This document shows, piece after piece, positions 26,301-38,709 of a stretch of DNA of 64,000 bases; positions within the stretch are counted from its first letter, which is position 1; each line of letters starts with the position of its first letter. The position numbers were made by a program, and so were the translations under genes. A model generated the notes under the pieces. It did not search any database. It was given only the letters and a program-made list of their open reading frames with translations, and was not told the DNA's origin. Origin of the DNA: Eledone cirrhosa (taxonomy: Eukaryota); assembly GCA_964016885.1 (NCBI GenBank), contig OZ024741.1, positions 87,420,001 through 87,484,000 on the forward strand, in the 5' to 3' direction.

Positions 26301-28590
26301 GTTAGGACCTGGTTACTGGAAGCTAAACATGTCATTTCCGGCACGTAAGGCTTACAGGGACCAGGTCAACCATTTAGTTAAGAAAAATTTGACAGGGGGA
26401 ATCGTCAACAATAGATGGTGGGGGGAGGGGCTCTCAAAAGAGCGATTAGAGTAATGTCGATAGTGTTTAGCAAAGAAGTTAGAGAAAAATTGAAAGGAGG
26501 GGGAGTTGGTAGATAAGTTAGACGAGGCTATTGGTAGTGGCATTGCAACTGACGTGCTAGTGGCGAGAATGGCATTAGACCATTTCTTCAATGCGAAACA
26601 CGAAGGTTGCATTGTCAGAGCTAAGGCGCGTGCTCTGAGAAACGAGGGAACCAAAGCTGTTCGATGGGCCCACGTGGCAGAGGCGCAGCGTGGTTATAAA
26701 ACCACGATTCGGTCTTTGGCGGACCGAGACGGACACGAGCTGAGCGATTCCAAGCGGATGTGTGAGGCCTTTCGCCAACATTTTGCTCGGTTGTTCGGGG
26801 GAAGTGGCAGGTCAGAGATGGCGGCGGACTTCAGTCCCTACCTCGATGGCTTACTGCAACTCTCGACGGCTGACGCTGGGCGCTGCGAAAGGCCAATTAC
26901 TTCAGCCGAGATTCAGGATGCCCTTGTCGGCTGCATGAGACGAGGCGCAAGTCACCCGGTTTGGATGGTCTGCCCTACGAGCTTTACGTAAATATGCCAG
27001 ATTTGTTCTCCAATCTCCTCGAAGCCCTCTACTGCAACTGGCAGCAAAATGGGAGTATTCCCATTTCTGTGAGCCGGGGCGTAGTGACGCTGAGAAGGAA
27101 AGACGAGAACAAGAGGGACACATTAGACAATTTCAGGCCCATAACTCTGCTCAACACAGAGTTTAAGATTTTGGCCAGGGTGTTAGCGAAGAGGTTGGCG
27201 CTTGTCGTCGGGGATTTGGTTGGGGAGGCGCAAACTTGCGCAATCCCAACCAGGTCCATACACGACAACCTCCACCTAATGCGATACATCATAGAGAGGG
27301 TAGGGTGTAAACCTGGCTTCGGTGGGGCTCTGATCAATTTAGATCAATCGAAAGCATTCGATAGGGTCGACCATCGGTACCTGGAGGCTCTCCTCAAGGC
27401 GGCTGGCTTCGGCCCCGTCTTCAGAAGCTGGATCGCTGCAATGCACAGCGGCACCTGCTCGATGGTCAAAATTAATGGCCACCTGTCGGAACCGTTTCAG
27501 GTCTCCCGATCGGTCCGTCAAGGGTGCCCTCTCTCCTCCCTTCTGTACGTATTGACTCTCGAGCCTTTACTGCGGAAGGTGGAGCTGTTGCAGTGCATCC
27601 CGCTCGAACCGGGACGCGGAAAGGCTGTGTCGGCTTATGCAGACGACATCACCGTGATGGTGTCGAACACCACAGATATCGAGGTGGTTGGCACCTTATT
27701 GGAGGATTATGAAAGGTTAACGGGAGCAAAACTTAACCCGGAAAAGTCGGTGGGCTTGCAACTCGGCACCTGGAGAGGCAAGTCCATGCCGTCCAACAGC
27801 GTATTTAGGCGCTGGACGGACGGACCGGTAAAGTTGCTCGGGGTTTGGTTCGGGCCAGACCTCCAGGTGGATAAGAATTGGGACGAGGTGACGGGCAGGG
27901 TAGCCAGTCTCACCCAGAAATGGGTTGGGATGAAGTTATCACTGAAAGGTCGGGCGGAGGTGGCGAACGCGTACATCGCATCCGTCATCTACTACCGTCT
28001 GACCGTCGTCCCTTGCCCCCGTTCGCGCCTCGCCATCTTGGAGCGGCTCCTCTTCAAATTCTTGTGGAGGGGTCAGGTTCCGCTGGTGAGGCGGTCCACT
28101 GCTGCCAGCACCCTCTACGTGGAAGGCTGGGCATGCCGTGGTTAATGATGCGCAGACACGATCTGAGGCTGCGGCATCTCCAGATATTCTGCCTAAACGG
28201 CTAACAGGTGTGGTTGCCGTTTGTCATACGGGCCTTTCCGCAGCTCGTTTCTTCGACTGAGCTGCAGTCCTGGGTCAAGAAGAGACCGAGAATGGCCCGT
28301 GTGAGTGGGCCTACTCAGGTCATGCAGCTGTAGGTAGGTAAATTTGAGGAGGAGAGGGGTGCCCTTCCAGGGTGCTCTCGAAGCGTCGGGTCGTTCAGGA
28401 TTGGTGGGGTACCTGAGCGAACCTTGGGTGGTCATCCCCCTATTGGGGAATTTTTTCTTGTTGTAATGTTATTGTTACTTTGTTATTGTTATTCATATTG
28501 TTTACTCGATTTTTCTGTAAAACCCCACTGTCCCAGTCTTTTGTATTATCCCCTATATGTTGACCCTTGTGGCCAATAAATGAAATCATT
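23382..28590 (+). mobile_element. Tx1/L1-clade LINE copy 2, near full length but mutated (ORF1 ~23588-25547; ORF2 from 25580)
   Basis: APE N-terminus CLNVRGL...SET, GDWN, SDH; RT motifs FRPITLLN, LDQSKAFDRV, VRQGCPLS, AYADD. (TTA)n lies at both ends. 3' part of ORF2 deleted. Confidence 0.92.
26961..28145 (+). pseudogene. Reverse transcriptase domain of Tx1/L1-clade ORF2 (394-aa open segment)
   Basis: Canonical L1-clade RT motifs; flanked by frameshifts. Confidence 0.9.
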
Positions 28591-28610
28591 ATTATTATTA
28601 GTAGTAGTAG

Positions 28611-28780
28611 GTAGAGGGTCGGACGCCATGCTTTCCAGCATAGTTACGTCCCTTTACGATCTGAGTTCAAATCCCGCCGAGGTTGACTTTGCCTTTCATC
28701 CTTACGGGGTCGATAAAATAAAGTACCAGTAATGCATTGGGTAATTGCTGGCCTTGTGCCTAAAGTAGAAACAATTATTA
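28611..28780 (+). mobile_element. SINE family A inserted in the (TTA)n(TAG)n tail of Tx1 copy 2
   Basis: SINE match; (TTA)n(TAG)n is present on both sides. Confidence 0.9.
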
Positions 28781-28799
28781 TTATTATTATTATTATTAT

Positions 28800-28852
<53 letters not shown>

Positions 28853-28854
28853 TT

Positions 28855-29335
28855 AATGATGATGATGATTTCTTTATTGATCACAGGGTCTGGAAACATT
28901 AAGGTCCATACATTTGGCAAGGAGAGTGGTGATATATTTGCAATAGAGTAATAAGGAAAAAACTCATAACAAAAGTAACAATTAAGTTTTAAATCAGCAT
29001 TCTCCAATAGGGGAAACACAACTAAAGAGCAGCCAAGGAATCCCACAGATCCCACGCCACATTGATCATCAAAAAAACCTTAGACAAGTGCCCCTCTCAC
29101 ATTTATTCCTTCCAGTCTATAAGCGCATGCTCAGGTCAGGCTTATTCATTCGTGTGATTTTTGCTACATTCACCCACCTTTCAACAAGTTTACTGGGGAC
29201 AACACTTCTATCACCAACCTCACCTTCCTTTCCATGTGAAATAAAAAAAAATATAGATGAGGGCTTGGCCGAAGAGGAATGTCAGTCTTTAGTCTTTTCA
29301 ACCTCGTCAACTACACAACTTCTTTCGTCATATCC
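28855..29335 (-). mobile_element. 3' end of a third Tx1-like element, opposite orientation
   Basis: Reverse complement ends gaccctgtgatcaataaagaaatcatcatc; homologous to 22830-23350 (ccctattgg, aaaggtgggtgaatgtagc). Confidence 0.8.
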
Positions 29336-29339
29336 ATCA

Positions 29340-29505
29340 GACAAATGGAAACTGCCCGCTTGGCGTTAAGTGACTAAGAGTACAAGACTCCCCTGAACAG
29401 GATATCAGCCCATCGTGGGATTAAACCTCATCTGCTTTTGATACTCATTTTAGCTGAGTGTATTGAAGCTATGTTAAATGAATGTTTTGCTCAAGAACAC
29501 AACTC
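29340..29505 (-). mobile_element. Old tRNA-SINE fragment (family B)
   Basis: Reverse complement gttgtgttcttgagcaaaaca...actcagctaaaatgagta resembles 36225-36297. Confidence 0.55.
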
Positions 29506-30294
29506 ACATAGACTTTTTGTTCTGTGTAAGATGAATTCTTAAAAATTCCACTTTTCATATATTTTCTTTCATATATTTCACACACATTTTAAAAATATAG
29601 CTTATCGCTCTTTTAATGTGACTTTTATTTCCTTCCGCGATATTTAAACCAATTCTATTCTTTGCCATTTCATGTCGATATAAACATAACATATGTGAAT
29701 ACATTGCTCACTTCGACAATTCAAAAAGAATGACTACAAAATACTAAAATACATATATAAAAAGTTGAAATAATATATATCTCATAAGCTAGGATAAAAC
29801 CGTCCGGTAACAAAACAAAGTGCTTTGACGTTTCATTATTCAATAACTTTCCTTATAAATATTTGATATGCAAAGTTTTAAAGATGTATCTATTACAATC
29901 CTTCTCATATATATTCAATGTTTCTCTTTCAAATTTCACTATTTTATATATTTCAATTTGTTTTCCTATTCTTTTTGTGTATTCTTTCACTATTGATACT
30001 TTAATCAGGTTTCTGATTTAGTAGATTAATTTTAGATTTTGTATAGAAAATTAAGATTTGATATTTTAATTTCGTTGTTTTACCTCCGCATTCTTTAGTT
30101 TCTTTCTTTTTTTCGTTTCTAGCTGTAATAGCAAGTGATTCCATTTGAATTAAATGTTTATGGAATGCTATCATTTTTGCAACAGATCAAATTGGTGTTA
30201 ATTTTAAATTGCGTAATTTGCACCACGTTATAGTAACAACTGAAAAAACAATAAAAACCAAAGAACGATTTTCAAAATATGGTTTGTTGCACAA

Positions 30295-31268
30295 CAGAGA
30301 AATCTTGTCAACTCAAACTCAGTTGAATTAGATGCTGAAATAGTCATAAAAGAACTTGAGCAGGATCAAACCTATGAATACTCTGGCATTCAGCATGCAA
30401 GTATATAAGAGCGGATAAGGAAGTAATGTTACAAGAGAATATGCGCAATACTGAAATCAGAACTAGATGCTCATAACAAGGTGTTAGACATAAATTCCTT
30501 GGCAGTTCCAGTTGTCACTTCTAGCATCGGTGTGTTGAACTGGAATATGAGTGAAATTAAAAGAATCGTCACCAAAATCCGTAAGTTACTGACTTGTAAT
30601 AGGATGCACAACCTGAAAGCAGATGTGGAACGTCTTCACCTTCCTAGAACTCAAGGAGGCCGTTGCCTGATCCAATTTGAACTTACCTAAAAGACCACCA
30701 CTATTGGACTGGCTAAATACCTTGAAACAACAAACGACTGTATACTGAAACTTGTTGAAAAACATGAGCGAAGTAAAAGGCTTCATTCTATCTTGAAGGA
30801 GAGCAAAAAATATGCTACTGATCTCATGCTTGATCCCCATGTCAGACAGACTAAGGAAATAGTTGCAATTGATGCTGCTAAGTACATAAAATGAATGGCA
30901 AAAGCAAAAGGACAAGAGCAATTAGCATCAAAGTGGGAACAGAAACCTCTGCATGGAAATTATGTGGCCCGTAGAAAACAAGCTTATGTTGACCAAACGC
31001 ACACCCATCAAGATCAAAGATCAAAGCTTACTGACACGGAATTACCAGGACAATGTGATAAGAAATGGGGTAAATACAAATTGCCGATTCTACAATGTTG
31101 AGGTTGAAACAGTGGACCTAGTTTCTGGATGTAAAGTTTTATCCCCAGTAGAGTATAAATATAGATATGACAGAATTGGCCAATATCTACAATGGGTAAT
31201 ATGTCAGCATTATAAAATCAAAGCTGCTGACAAGTGGTACAATCATCACCCCGAGACTGTAATTGAAG
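30295..31268 (+). pseudogene. R4/Dong-like fragment (thumb to Zn knuckle/RHD), same family as 20288-22548
   Basis: ORFs 30481..30690, 30895..31101 and 30953..31348; directly similar to the reverse complement of 20288-20655. Confidence 0.88.
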
Positions 31269-31970
31269 ACGGGCCCAATACTAGCCGCTCACAGGACCGC
31301 CGCCAGATAATGATGGTCGACCCTATTAAAAGCTTTCGATTGACCTAGATTGATCAAGGCCCCATCTGTGCCAGATTCGTCAGCTACCGTCTCCACGATG
31401 TATCGCATGAGGTGGAGGTTGTTGTGGATGGATCTATCTGGAATGACGCATGTCTGCACCTCTCCCACCAGACCATCGGCGACAAGCGCCAACCTCTTTG
31501 CTAGCACGTTAGCCAAAATCTTGAACTCTGCATTTAGCAGAGTTATGGGCCTGAAATTATCTATGTTGTCCCCCTTGTTCGGTCCGTTCTCAGCAGCGCT
31601 ACCACTCCTCAGCTCACAGAGCTGGGAATTCTCCCGCTCTTCTGCCAGTTACAGTAGACGTCCGCCAAGAGGTCGTCGAACAAGTCTGACATGTGTACAT
31701 AAAGCTCGTAGGGCAGACCATCCAAACCAGGCGATTTACCCATCGTGCAGTCAGTCATTGCCACCCATACTTCAGCGGCATTTATCGGCAACACTCCGCC
31801 TCAGTGGCCGACAGCCGCGGCAGACCATCGATGTATGCGCAAAAGTCCATCCTACGATCCCACCCACCGCTGCCCCCGAACAGTTGAGCGAAGTGCTGAA
31901 AAGCCGCACACATTTGCCCGGGTTCGAGTAACATACGCCCGTCGTGGTCCTCCAGAGACCAGATCGTGGC
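31269..31970 (-). pseudogene. Tx1-like RT N-terminal fragment, same family as copy 1
   Basis: ORFs 31609..31794 (KSPGLDGLPYELY) and 31289..31516 (LAKRL...QSKAFNRVDH). Confidence 0.88.
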
Positions 31971-32053
31971 TTAGACACTCTTTGATTTCCTGTACAGGCA
32001 ATATTTATTAGAATGCTATTGAAGTGTGTATACATCTTTGTGACATCCTGTAC

Positions 32054-32105
<52 letters not shown>

Positions 32106-32106
<1 letters not shown>

Positions 32107-32156
32107 TATTGTTATACTTTGGGAGGGTCATGTTGCTAAACAAATTCAGAAACGAA

Positions 32157-32160
<4 letters not shown>
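32106..32160. mobile_element. 55-bp Penelope stub: inverted pLTR piece fused to the 3'-terminal piece, in (TA)n
   Basis: 32106-32136 is the reverse complement of 54529-54559, and 32133-32160 equals 54592-54619; the two overlap at ttgc. Confidence 0.8.
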
Positions 32161-32199
<39 letters not shown>

Positions 32200-32204
32200 T
32201 ATAT

Positions 32205-32934
32205 AGAATAAGGTTAATATATATCTGAGGGTACAATGTACCCCCGGAAATATATAGTGTGTCTATGATTTAAGGTGGTTCTATGGTAATAGGGCCATTT
32301 GAATAGGTAAATATTTATATTATATTTTTTAATTTTGATTAATTTTATTTGTATATTAATTTTGATTTATTTTGAAAAATTGGTTGAATTTTACTTGTTC
32401 TGCTTATCTTGATATTAAGTTCTGGTATATCAAATTATTACCATAGAACCACCTTAAATCATAGACACACTATATATTTCCGGGGGTACATTGTACCCTC
32501 AGATATATATTAACCTTATTCAATATTCTCCAAGTATGTAGAGAAAAATCCTGTCGTTCTATTTAGTTGCTAAAAATCTTTTTTGGTAGCGATCATAGAC
32601 GACCAGTCTACGATTTCCCGCCTTCACTATACACCAACGTATTTATGGGTCACTTTCACGACCTTTCAGACCTGTATTAGTTGGAGTGAGGTCATATATT
32701 TTATCGTTCCTGGGGTTTTTAATCCTAGGATAGGAAAATGCTTCTCTGATGATCTTTGCTTTTCCATTAATATCCACGTGATATCTAATGTTTTGCAACG
32801 TGAAACTGTACAGTTAGGGCCATTTGAATAGGTAAATATTTATATTATATTTTTTAATTTTGATTAATTTTAATTGTATATTAATTTTGATTTATTTTGA
32901 AAAATTGGTTGAATTTTACTTGTTCTGCTTATCT

Positions 32935-32939
<5 letters not shown>
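32205..32939 (-). mobile_element. Rearranged Penelope-like 3' fragment (degenerate GIY-YIG and HHR remnant) with inverted and direct internal repeats
   Basis: Inverted repeat 32205-32290/32436-32521; direct repeat 32290-32417/32816-32939. Minus frame gives NCTVSRCKT...HKYVG. Partial HHR ctga-gggtac aat gtaccc-gaaa tatata. Confidence 0.55.
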
Positions 32940-33011
<72 letters not shown>

Positions 33012-33012
<1 letters not shown>

Positions 33013-33302
33013 TTTAGCCCCACTCGGTCACGAATGACCATGATTTTGCACCTAGAAAGTTTCCCTCCGAGGCACAAGCCTGGGCAAGGTTTGTTTTTGT
33101 GGAAGACCAGCAGCCGCCCATGCATACCAGCCTCCTCTCCCCACGTCACCGATGTTGACCAAGGGAAAGGCAATGGCCGATACAGCTTTGCACCAGTGAC
33201 GTCGCAACTCATTTCTACAGCTGAGTAAACCTAGAGCAACGTAAAATAAAGTGTCCTGCTCAAGGACGCAACGCATCACCCGGTCCGAGAATCAAACTCA
33301 CA

Positions 33303-33305
<3 letters not shown>
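33012..33305 (-). mobile_element. tRNA-derived SINE (family B)
   Basis: Homologous to the reverse complement of 36200-36296 (ttctcggaccgggtgatg...ccttgagca.gacactttattt...actcagctgtagaaatgagt). Confidence 0.8.
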
Positions 33306-33394
<89 letters not shown>

Positions 33395-33754
33395 CAAAGT
33401 CATAAGGACATATATATATAGTCACAGATACATATATGAGTGTGGCTACCTTAGCTCCGTTTACATGATTATTTATTTAGTTGATTTCTACGGACTAAGA
33501 AGTAAAAATTTGATAAATTTTGTCTGACTATTCTTCAAACTTATAATTTTATATAGCTCTGATTGATAATTATTTACGTATTCATTCACTCATCGAGCCA
33601 CACCGTTGAAGGTAGCCAACATTCATATATATATATATAGTGTGTAACGTTTTTCGAAATATTTACTTCTGCGTTCACAGATTGATTTTTTTAGTTTCAG
33701 AAGATCCCGTTAAGGGTGAAAGCAGCGATTCTTTGCTTAAACTTTAATCTGTTA

Positions 33755-33890
<136 letters not shown>

Positions 33891-34965
33891 TATATTCGTG
33901 TACAGATATGTTTGCATACACAATAACAAAATATAAACAAACGTATTTATTTCACGAGGATCGATAAGGATAAATATATATCAAATATATAAGAACCCTA
34001 GAGCAAATCCCGAGAAACGCCGGGCGCCATTCTGCTAGTTATAGCTATTTGCATTGTGGCGACTATATTTTCAAATATATATATACTAGACCTGAAAAAT
34101 GCGCAAGCTGAAAAAGCCACAGAATGTTATAATAAACCTTCGAAAGTGTGGGACTAGAGTTGTTGCTCAAAAATATTTTAATCATTATCTATCGTAAACT
34201 CTGTGGCATCCTTTTATAAAAAATAGACTCATAACGAACTCAAGACGACACGATAATTATTTAAGTGAATTTATAATATAGAATTCGGTTTAAGTGCTTT
34301 TCGTATTAATCGTTACTAAACATCTAATATGAGATATTGAACATTAGCTTAAATAATTATCGTGTCGTCTTGAGTTCGTTATGAGTCTCTTTTTTATAAA
34401 AGGATGCCACAGAGTGTACGATAGATAATGATTACAATATTTTTGAGTAACAACTCTAGTCCTACACTTTTGAAGGTTTATTATAACAATTTGTGGCTCT
34501 TTTGAGCTTGCGCATTTTTCAGGTCTAGTTCAATATTTTTTTAAGGCAACGCTTGTTAAACATGATATATATTAATAATAAATTATCGTTGTAATGTAAT
34601 TAGATTATATAATTATTATTTTATAAATGATCTTATAAATATTATTGTAAGATGTATAAAAATATTTTCAGACTTTTAATATAAACAACTACAAAACACA
34701 ATCAATATTAAATAAATATATTTTACATAATAACTGTTATAGTTGAATTAATAAAAATTAAATATTACATACAAATAGTCTAACATAATAATAAAAAAAA
34801 TAATCTAACATAATAATAATAAAATAATCTAACATAAAACGAACAATAATATGGATAAATATACAAGTAAATATGATACAACCAATATTATAAGCATGTT
34901 ATAACGAACTGAAAAAAAAAATAGTTAATATAAATTTAAAAAATCATATATAAATTAAAAATATA

Positions 34966-35163
34966 ACTTACCAAAACGAGAAAAATAAATTGATGGTAAA
35001 CGACGAAATACAGGAGGAAGATTCGAAAGCGAAACGATAAATAAACGTGCAAACAAAATGGCGGATGCTTTTGAGCAACAATTACTCTCGTTTGTTGATT
35101 AGCCAATAAGACGATACATTACAAAACATATTTGGCAGCGATCACCACGGCTAGCCACACCCC
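34966..35163 (-). promoter_or_regulatory. Candidate Pol II promoter and non-coding first exon (Sp/KLF box, CCAAT box, YY1 site, splice donor)
   Basis: Order on the minus strand: GGGGTGTGGC (35154-63), ATTGG (35103-07), CCGCCATTTT (35055-64), then TTG|GTAAGT (34966-72). Confidence 0.45.
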
Positions 35164-35243
35164 TTTAATTTTTTATTCACAAGCTACGCATATATGTCAG
35201 ACACGCAGACTTAAAACATTATGTTGTTAGTCACTGCGTGTCT

Positions 35244-35298
<55 letters not shown>

Positions 35299-35991
35299 GC
35301 AATCTGAGTTTTTTTAATATTAATAATAATTTTCGATTTGTTTGCAATTATGCAAACATCCTCTTTTAAGCCATGTCAAACAAATTGCAAACGAATCGAA
35401 TATTATTATTAATATTCGAAAAACTCAGATTACATTTATTGTATTCAGCCATGTAGAGCGATAACTATTTGTTTTATATATATACAAGCGTTGCCTTTAA
35501 AAAATATTAAACTAGACCTGAAAAATGCGCAAGCTCAAAAAGCCACAGAATGTTATATTAACCTTCGAAAGTGTGGGACTAGAGTTGTTGCTCAAAAATA
35601 TTGTAATTATTATCTATCGTACACTCTGTGGCATCCTTTTACACAATATAGACTCATAAAGAACTCAAGACGACACGATAATTATTTAAGTGAATTTATA
35701 ATATAGAATTCGGTTTAAGTGCATTTCGTATTAATCATTAAACACCTAATATAATATATTGAACATAGCTTAAATAATTATCGTCGTCTTGAGTTCGTTA
35801 TGAGTCTCTTTTTTATAAAAGGAGCCACAGAGTTTACGATAGATAATGATTACAATATTTTTTAGCAACAACTCTAGTCCCACACTTTTGAAGGTTTATT
35901 ATAACATTCTGTGGCTTTTTGAGCTTGCGCATTTTTCAGGTCTAGTATATACATATTTGAAAATATAGTTGCCACAATGCAAATAGCTATA

Positions 35992-36584
35992 ACTAGCAGA
36001 ATGGCGCCCGGCGTTTCTCGGGATTTGCTCTAGGGTTCTTATATATTTGATATTTATTTATCCTTATCGAGCCTCGTGAAATAAATACGTTTGTTTATAT
36101 TTTGTTATTGTCTATGCAAAAATATCTGTAAACGAATATATAATTATATATATAGGCGCATGGCTTAGTGGTTAGAGCATTGGGCTTGCAATCGAAAGGT
36201 TGTGAGCTCAATTCTCGGACCGGGTGATGTGTTGTTTCCTTGAGCAAGACACTTTATTTCACGTTGCTCCAGTTTACTCAGCTGTAGAAATGAGTACCGG
36301 CCTGCCCGCCCAGCCAGTGGGATGGCGTTATCTTATGGCTAAAACAGCACGACGTGCTGTGACCAGCAGCGCCGATTGGCGCGCGACAGACTGGTCGGTC
36401 AAGGTGATGAAGGTGATATATATTAAAATAACAGATTAAAGTTTAAGCAAAGAATCGCTGCTTTCACCCTTAACAGGATCTTCTGAAACTAAAAAAAATC
36501 AATCTGTGAACGCAGAAGTAAATATTTCAGAAAACGTTACACACACTATATATATATACATATATATATATACACACTATATAT

Positions 36585-36626
<42 letters not shown>

Positions 36627-36917
36627 CGTCATAATATACTAATGCAGACAGCCAGACATACAGACAGATATTATAAGGGCGCAACGTTATATCTATGTAT
36701 CTATCTAAAAAGAAAGACTAAGAATTATAGAGAGAGGTCACTAAATTGCCTAATGCGGTCCCTAGAGCATTGAAAATTTGAAATAGTTTTTGCACAAAAC
36801 ACTCACAGGACCATAAATATTACATGTGTAAAGTTTCAAAAAATTCGGTTGGGTAGATCTCGAGTTTTAGGGAATCAGACAGACAGACAGACATTCTCTG
36901 TTTTAGATATATAGATA
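35992..36917 (+). mobile_element. Lep1-like/Helentron-type non-autonomous rolling-circle element ends (may not be one element)
   Basis: 5' ACTAGcagaatggcgCCCGGcgtttctCGGG hairpin; 3' aaagtttcaaaaaattcggttg...(cagA)n...atatagat, typical of this MITE-like class. Confidence 0.45.
36154..36416 (+). mobile_element. Full-length tRNA-derived SINE (family B) inserted in TA tract
   Basis: A box tggcttagtgg and B-box-like gagctcaattc; absent from the left arm, where only (TA)n is present (33760-33885). Confidence 0.85.
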
Positions 36918-37561
36918 ATAGGTATGTATGTATTTGTTGATTAATCGATTTTGAAAATTATTATTATTAATAAGCACGCTCAATGAAGTAAGAAAATAGT
37001 GGGAGACAAAGAAATTCAGATTCAACATTGGATTCAATATACAGAAATACACCAGAAACGCTTATTACTTCCTGGAACACACAATCTAAGCCGAACAGTG
37101 TACTATAACTCTATTGTAGTGTTTGTATGTTCTGATCTACACAACTAGAAATTACTTGGAACAACCCAGTGAGCGTAACCACTTGTAAATTAAAGGGTGT
37201 GAAATCAGAAGAGAAACCCTTCTACCCAACTAAAAGTAAATATGTTTAATTGATCTTTTAATAAGAAATTAATTTAAACATTATAGATTCTGATTATGTT
37301 TATTTCAAGTTATATAATATTGATTCGTGTTATCTAAACTTTAAAAAACATCTAATGATCAAATTTCTCCATTTTTAGAGTAAGGTCGTTTGTTTTAATT
37401 CTTACAATTAAATACTCCCATTATCATAATATATAATTACACTATAGTTAATTGGCGGCCGATTATTCAGCAATCGGCTTATTTGCTTATCGGTATATAT
37501 ATATATAAGGAAAAGAAATCGAAAATGCAACTGGAGTCTTTTTAAGAATATTTATTTATTT

Positions 37562-37599
37562 CCTTTACCGGTTTCATAGTTCGTATGCTTTTCAAAAGT
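37562..37599 (-). ncRNA. Hammerhead ribozyme, U3-A8 core variant (degenerate stem II)
   Basis: actt-TTGAAAA-gcatacgaactat-GAAA-ccgg-TA-aagg; same family as 49106-49143; the element ends in (TA)n at ~37505. Confidence 0.55.
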
Positions 37600-38308
37600 A
37601 GAATTGAGATGGAGGGTTTGTGGTTTGTCTCGCATCTGGTTCTTGTTCGAAAGTTCTGTTTGTTTTATGTGGAAAGAATGACAGACATTGCTGGGTTTAA
37701 AAAAAAAAATTTAGTTGGTTGATGACTGTCACGTGAATAAGTACAATAAATTTCGCGCCAGTTCGCGTTCCAAAGTTCTTATTGTATTTGCCTTTAAAAA
37801 ATGTGGCTCAAATTGTTGTTTTTTTTATAAGTGTAATTTGGTTGGTTGATGACTGTCACATGAGTAAGTACATCCAATTTCGCGCCAGTTCGTGTTTGAG
37901 GGTTCTTTATTGTCATTTTCACAATCACATGATTGGCCATATAATATAGGTACCATAAAAGGATGGTTTGTCCTAGAAAGTTTTGTGCCAAACAAAAGAT
38001 AATGGTCAAGAAATAGGAGGGGGGGGGGTAGTTCTGGTTCAGTGAGTATGGCTGATGTAATGCTGAGGTGTCAAAATTCAGACTTTCTATTGAAATATAT
38101 TGAATTTTTGTGTTGATAGTGGTGGCAGGGTAGAAAAGAGAAATATATTTTTTTATTTGTGTGCGGGTGTGTGTGTGTGTAGCAAAGCGGCTTATCGTCT
38201 TGATAATAGAAATAAAAATGATTCCATTCGTAGAAATGGAGAAGGGTGTTATGTGTGTGAGTGTGTGTGGGAAGGAGTATAGTTAGCATGTTAAGATGTT
38301 AAAATATT

Positions 38309-38709
38309 GGTTTCTGATTTAGGCACAAGGCCAACAATTTTGGGGGATGGGAAAGACTATTAAATCGACCCCAATGCGTGACTGGTACTTTATTTTATCG
38401 ACCCCGTAAGGATGAAAGGCAAAGTTAATCTCGGTGGGATTTGAACTCAGATCATAAAGGGCCGTAACTCTATGCTGCAAAGCATGGTATCTGACCCTCT
38501 GATACTGCCAATCCACCGTTAAAATATTTATTTCTACTTTAGGCACAAGGCCAGCAATTATCCCAATGTATTACTGGTACTTTATTTTATCGACCTCCTA
38601 AGGATGAAAGGCAAAGTTAACCTCGGCGGGATTTGAACTCAGATCATAAAGGGCCGTAACTCTTTGCTGCAAAGCACGGCGTCCGACCCTCTACCGATAC
38701 TGCCAATCC
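38309..38709 (-). mobile_element. Two tandem SINE family A copies sharing one target
   Basis: ttaaaatatt occurs at 38299, 38519 and 38710, bracketing the copies. Confidence 0.85.

Noticed and set aside
34086-35946. CRISPR-like or tandem array
   Set aside because: Units are long, inverted and lack unique spacers; the context is eukaryotic.
36154-36225. tRNA gene
   Set aside because: It is the tRNA-derived head of a SINE continuing into SINE body sequence; no complete cloverleaf.
37700-37915. ~120-bp diverged tandem duplication upstream of the U3-A8 HHR, considered as PLE coding remnant
   Set aside because: The duplication is real, but no convincing GIY-YIG or RT motif could be read.
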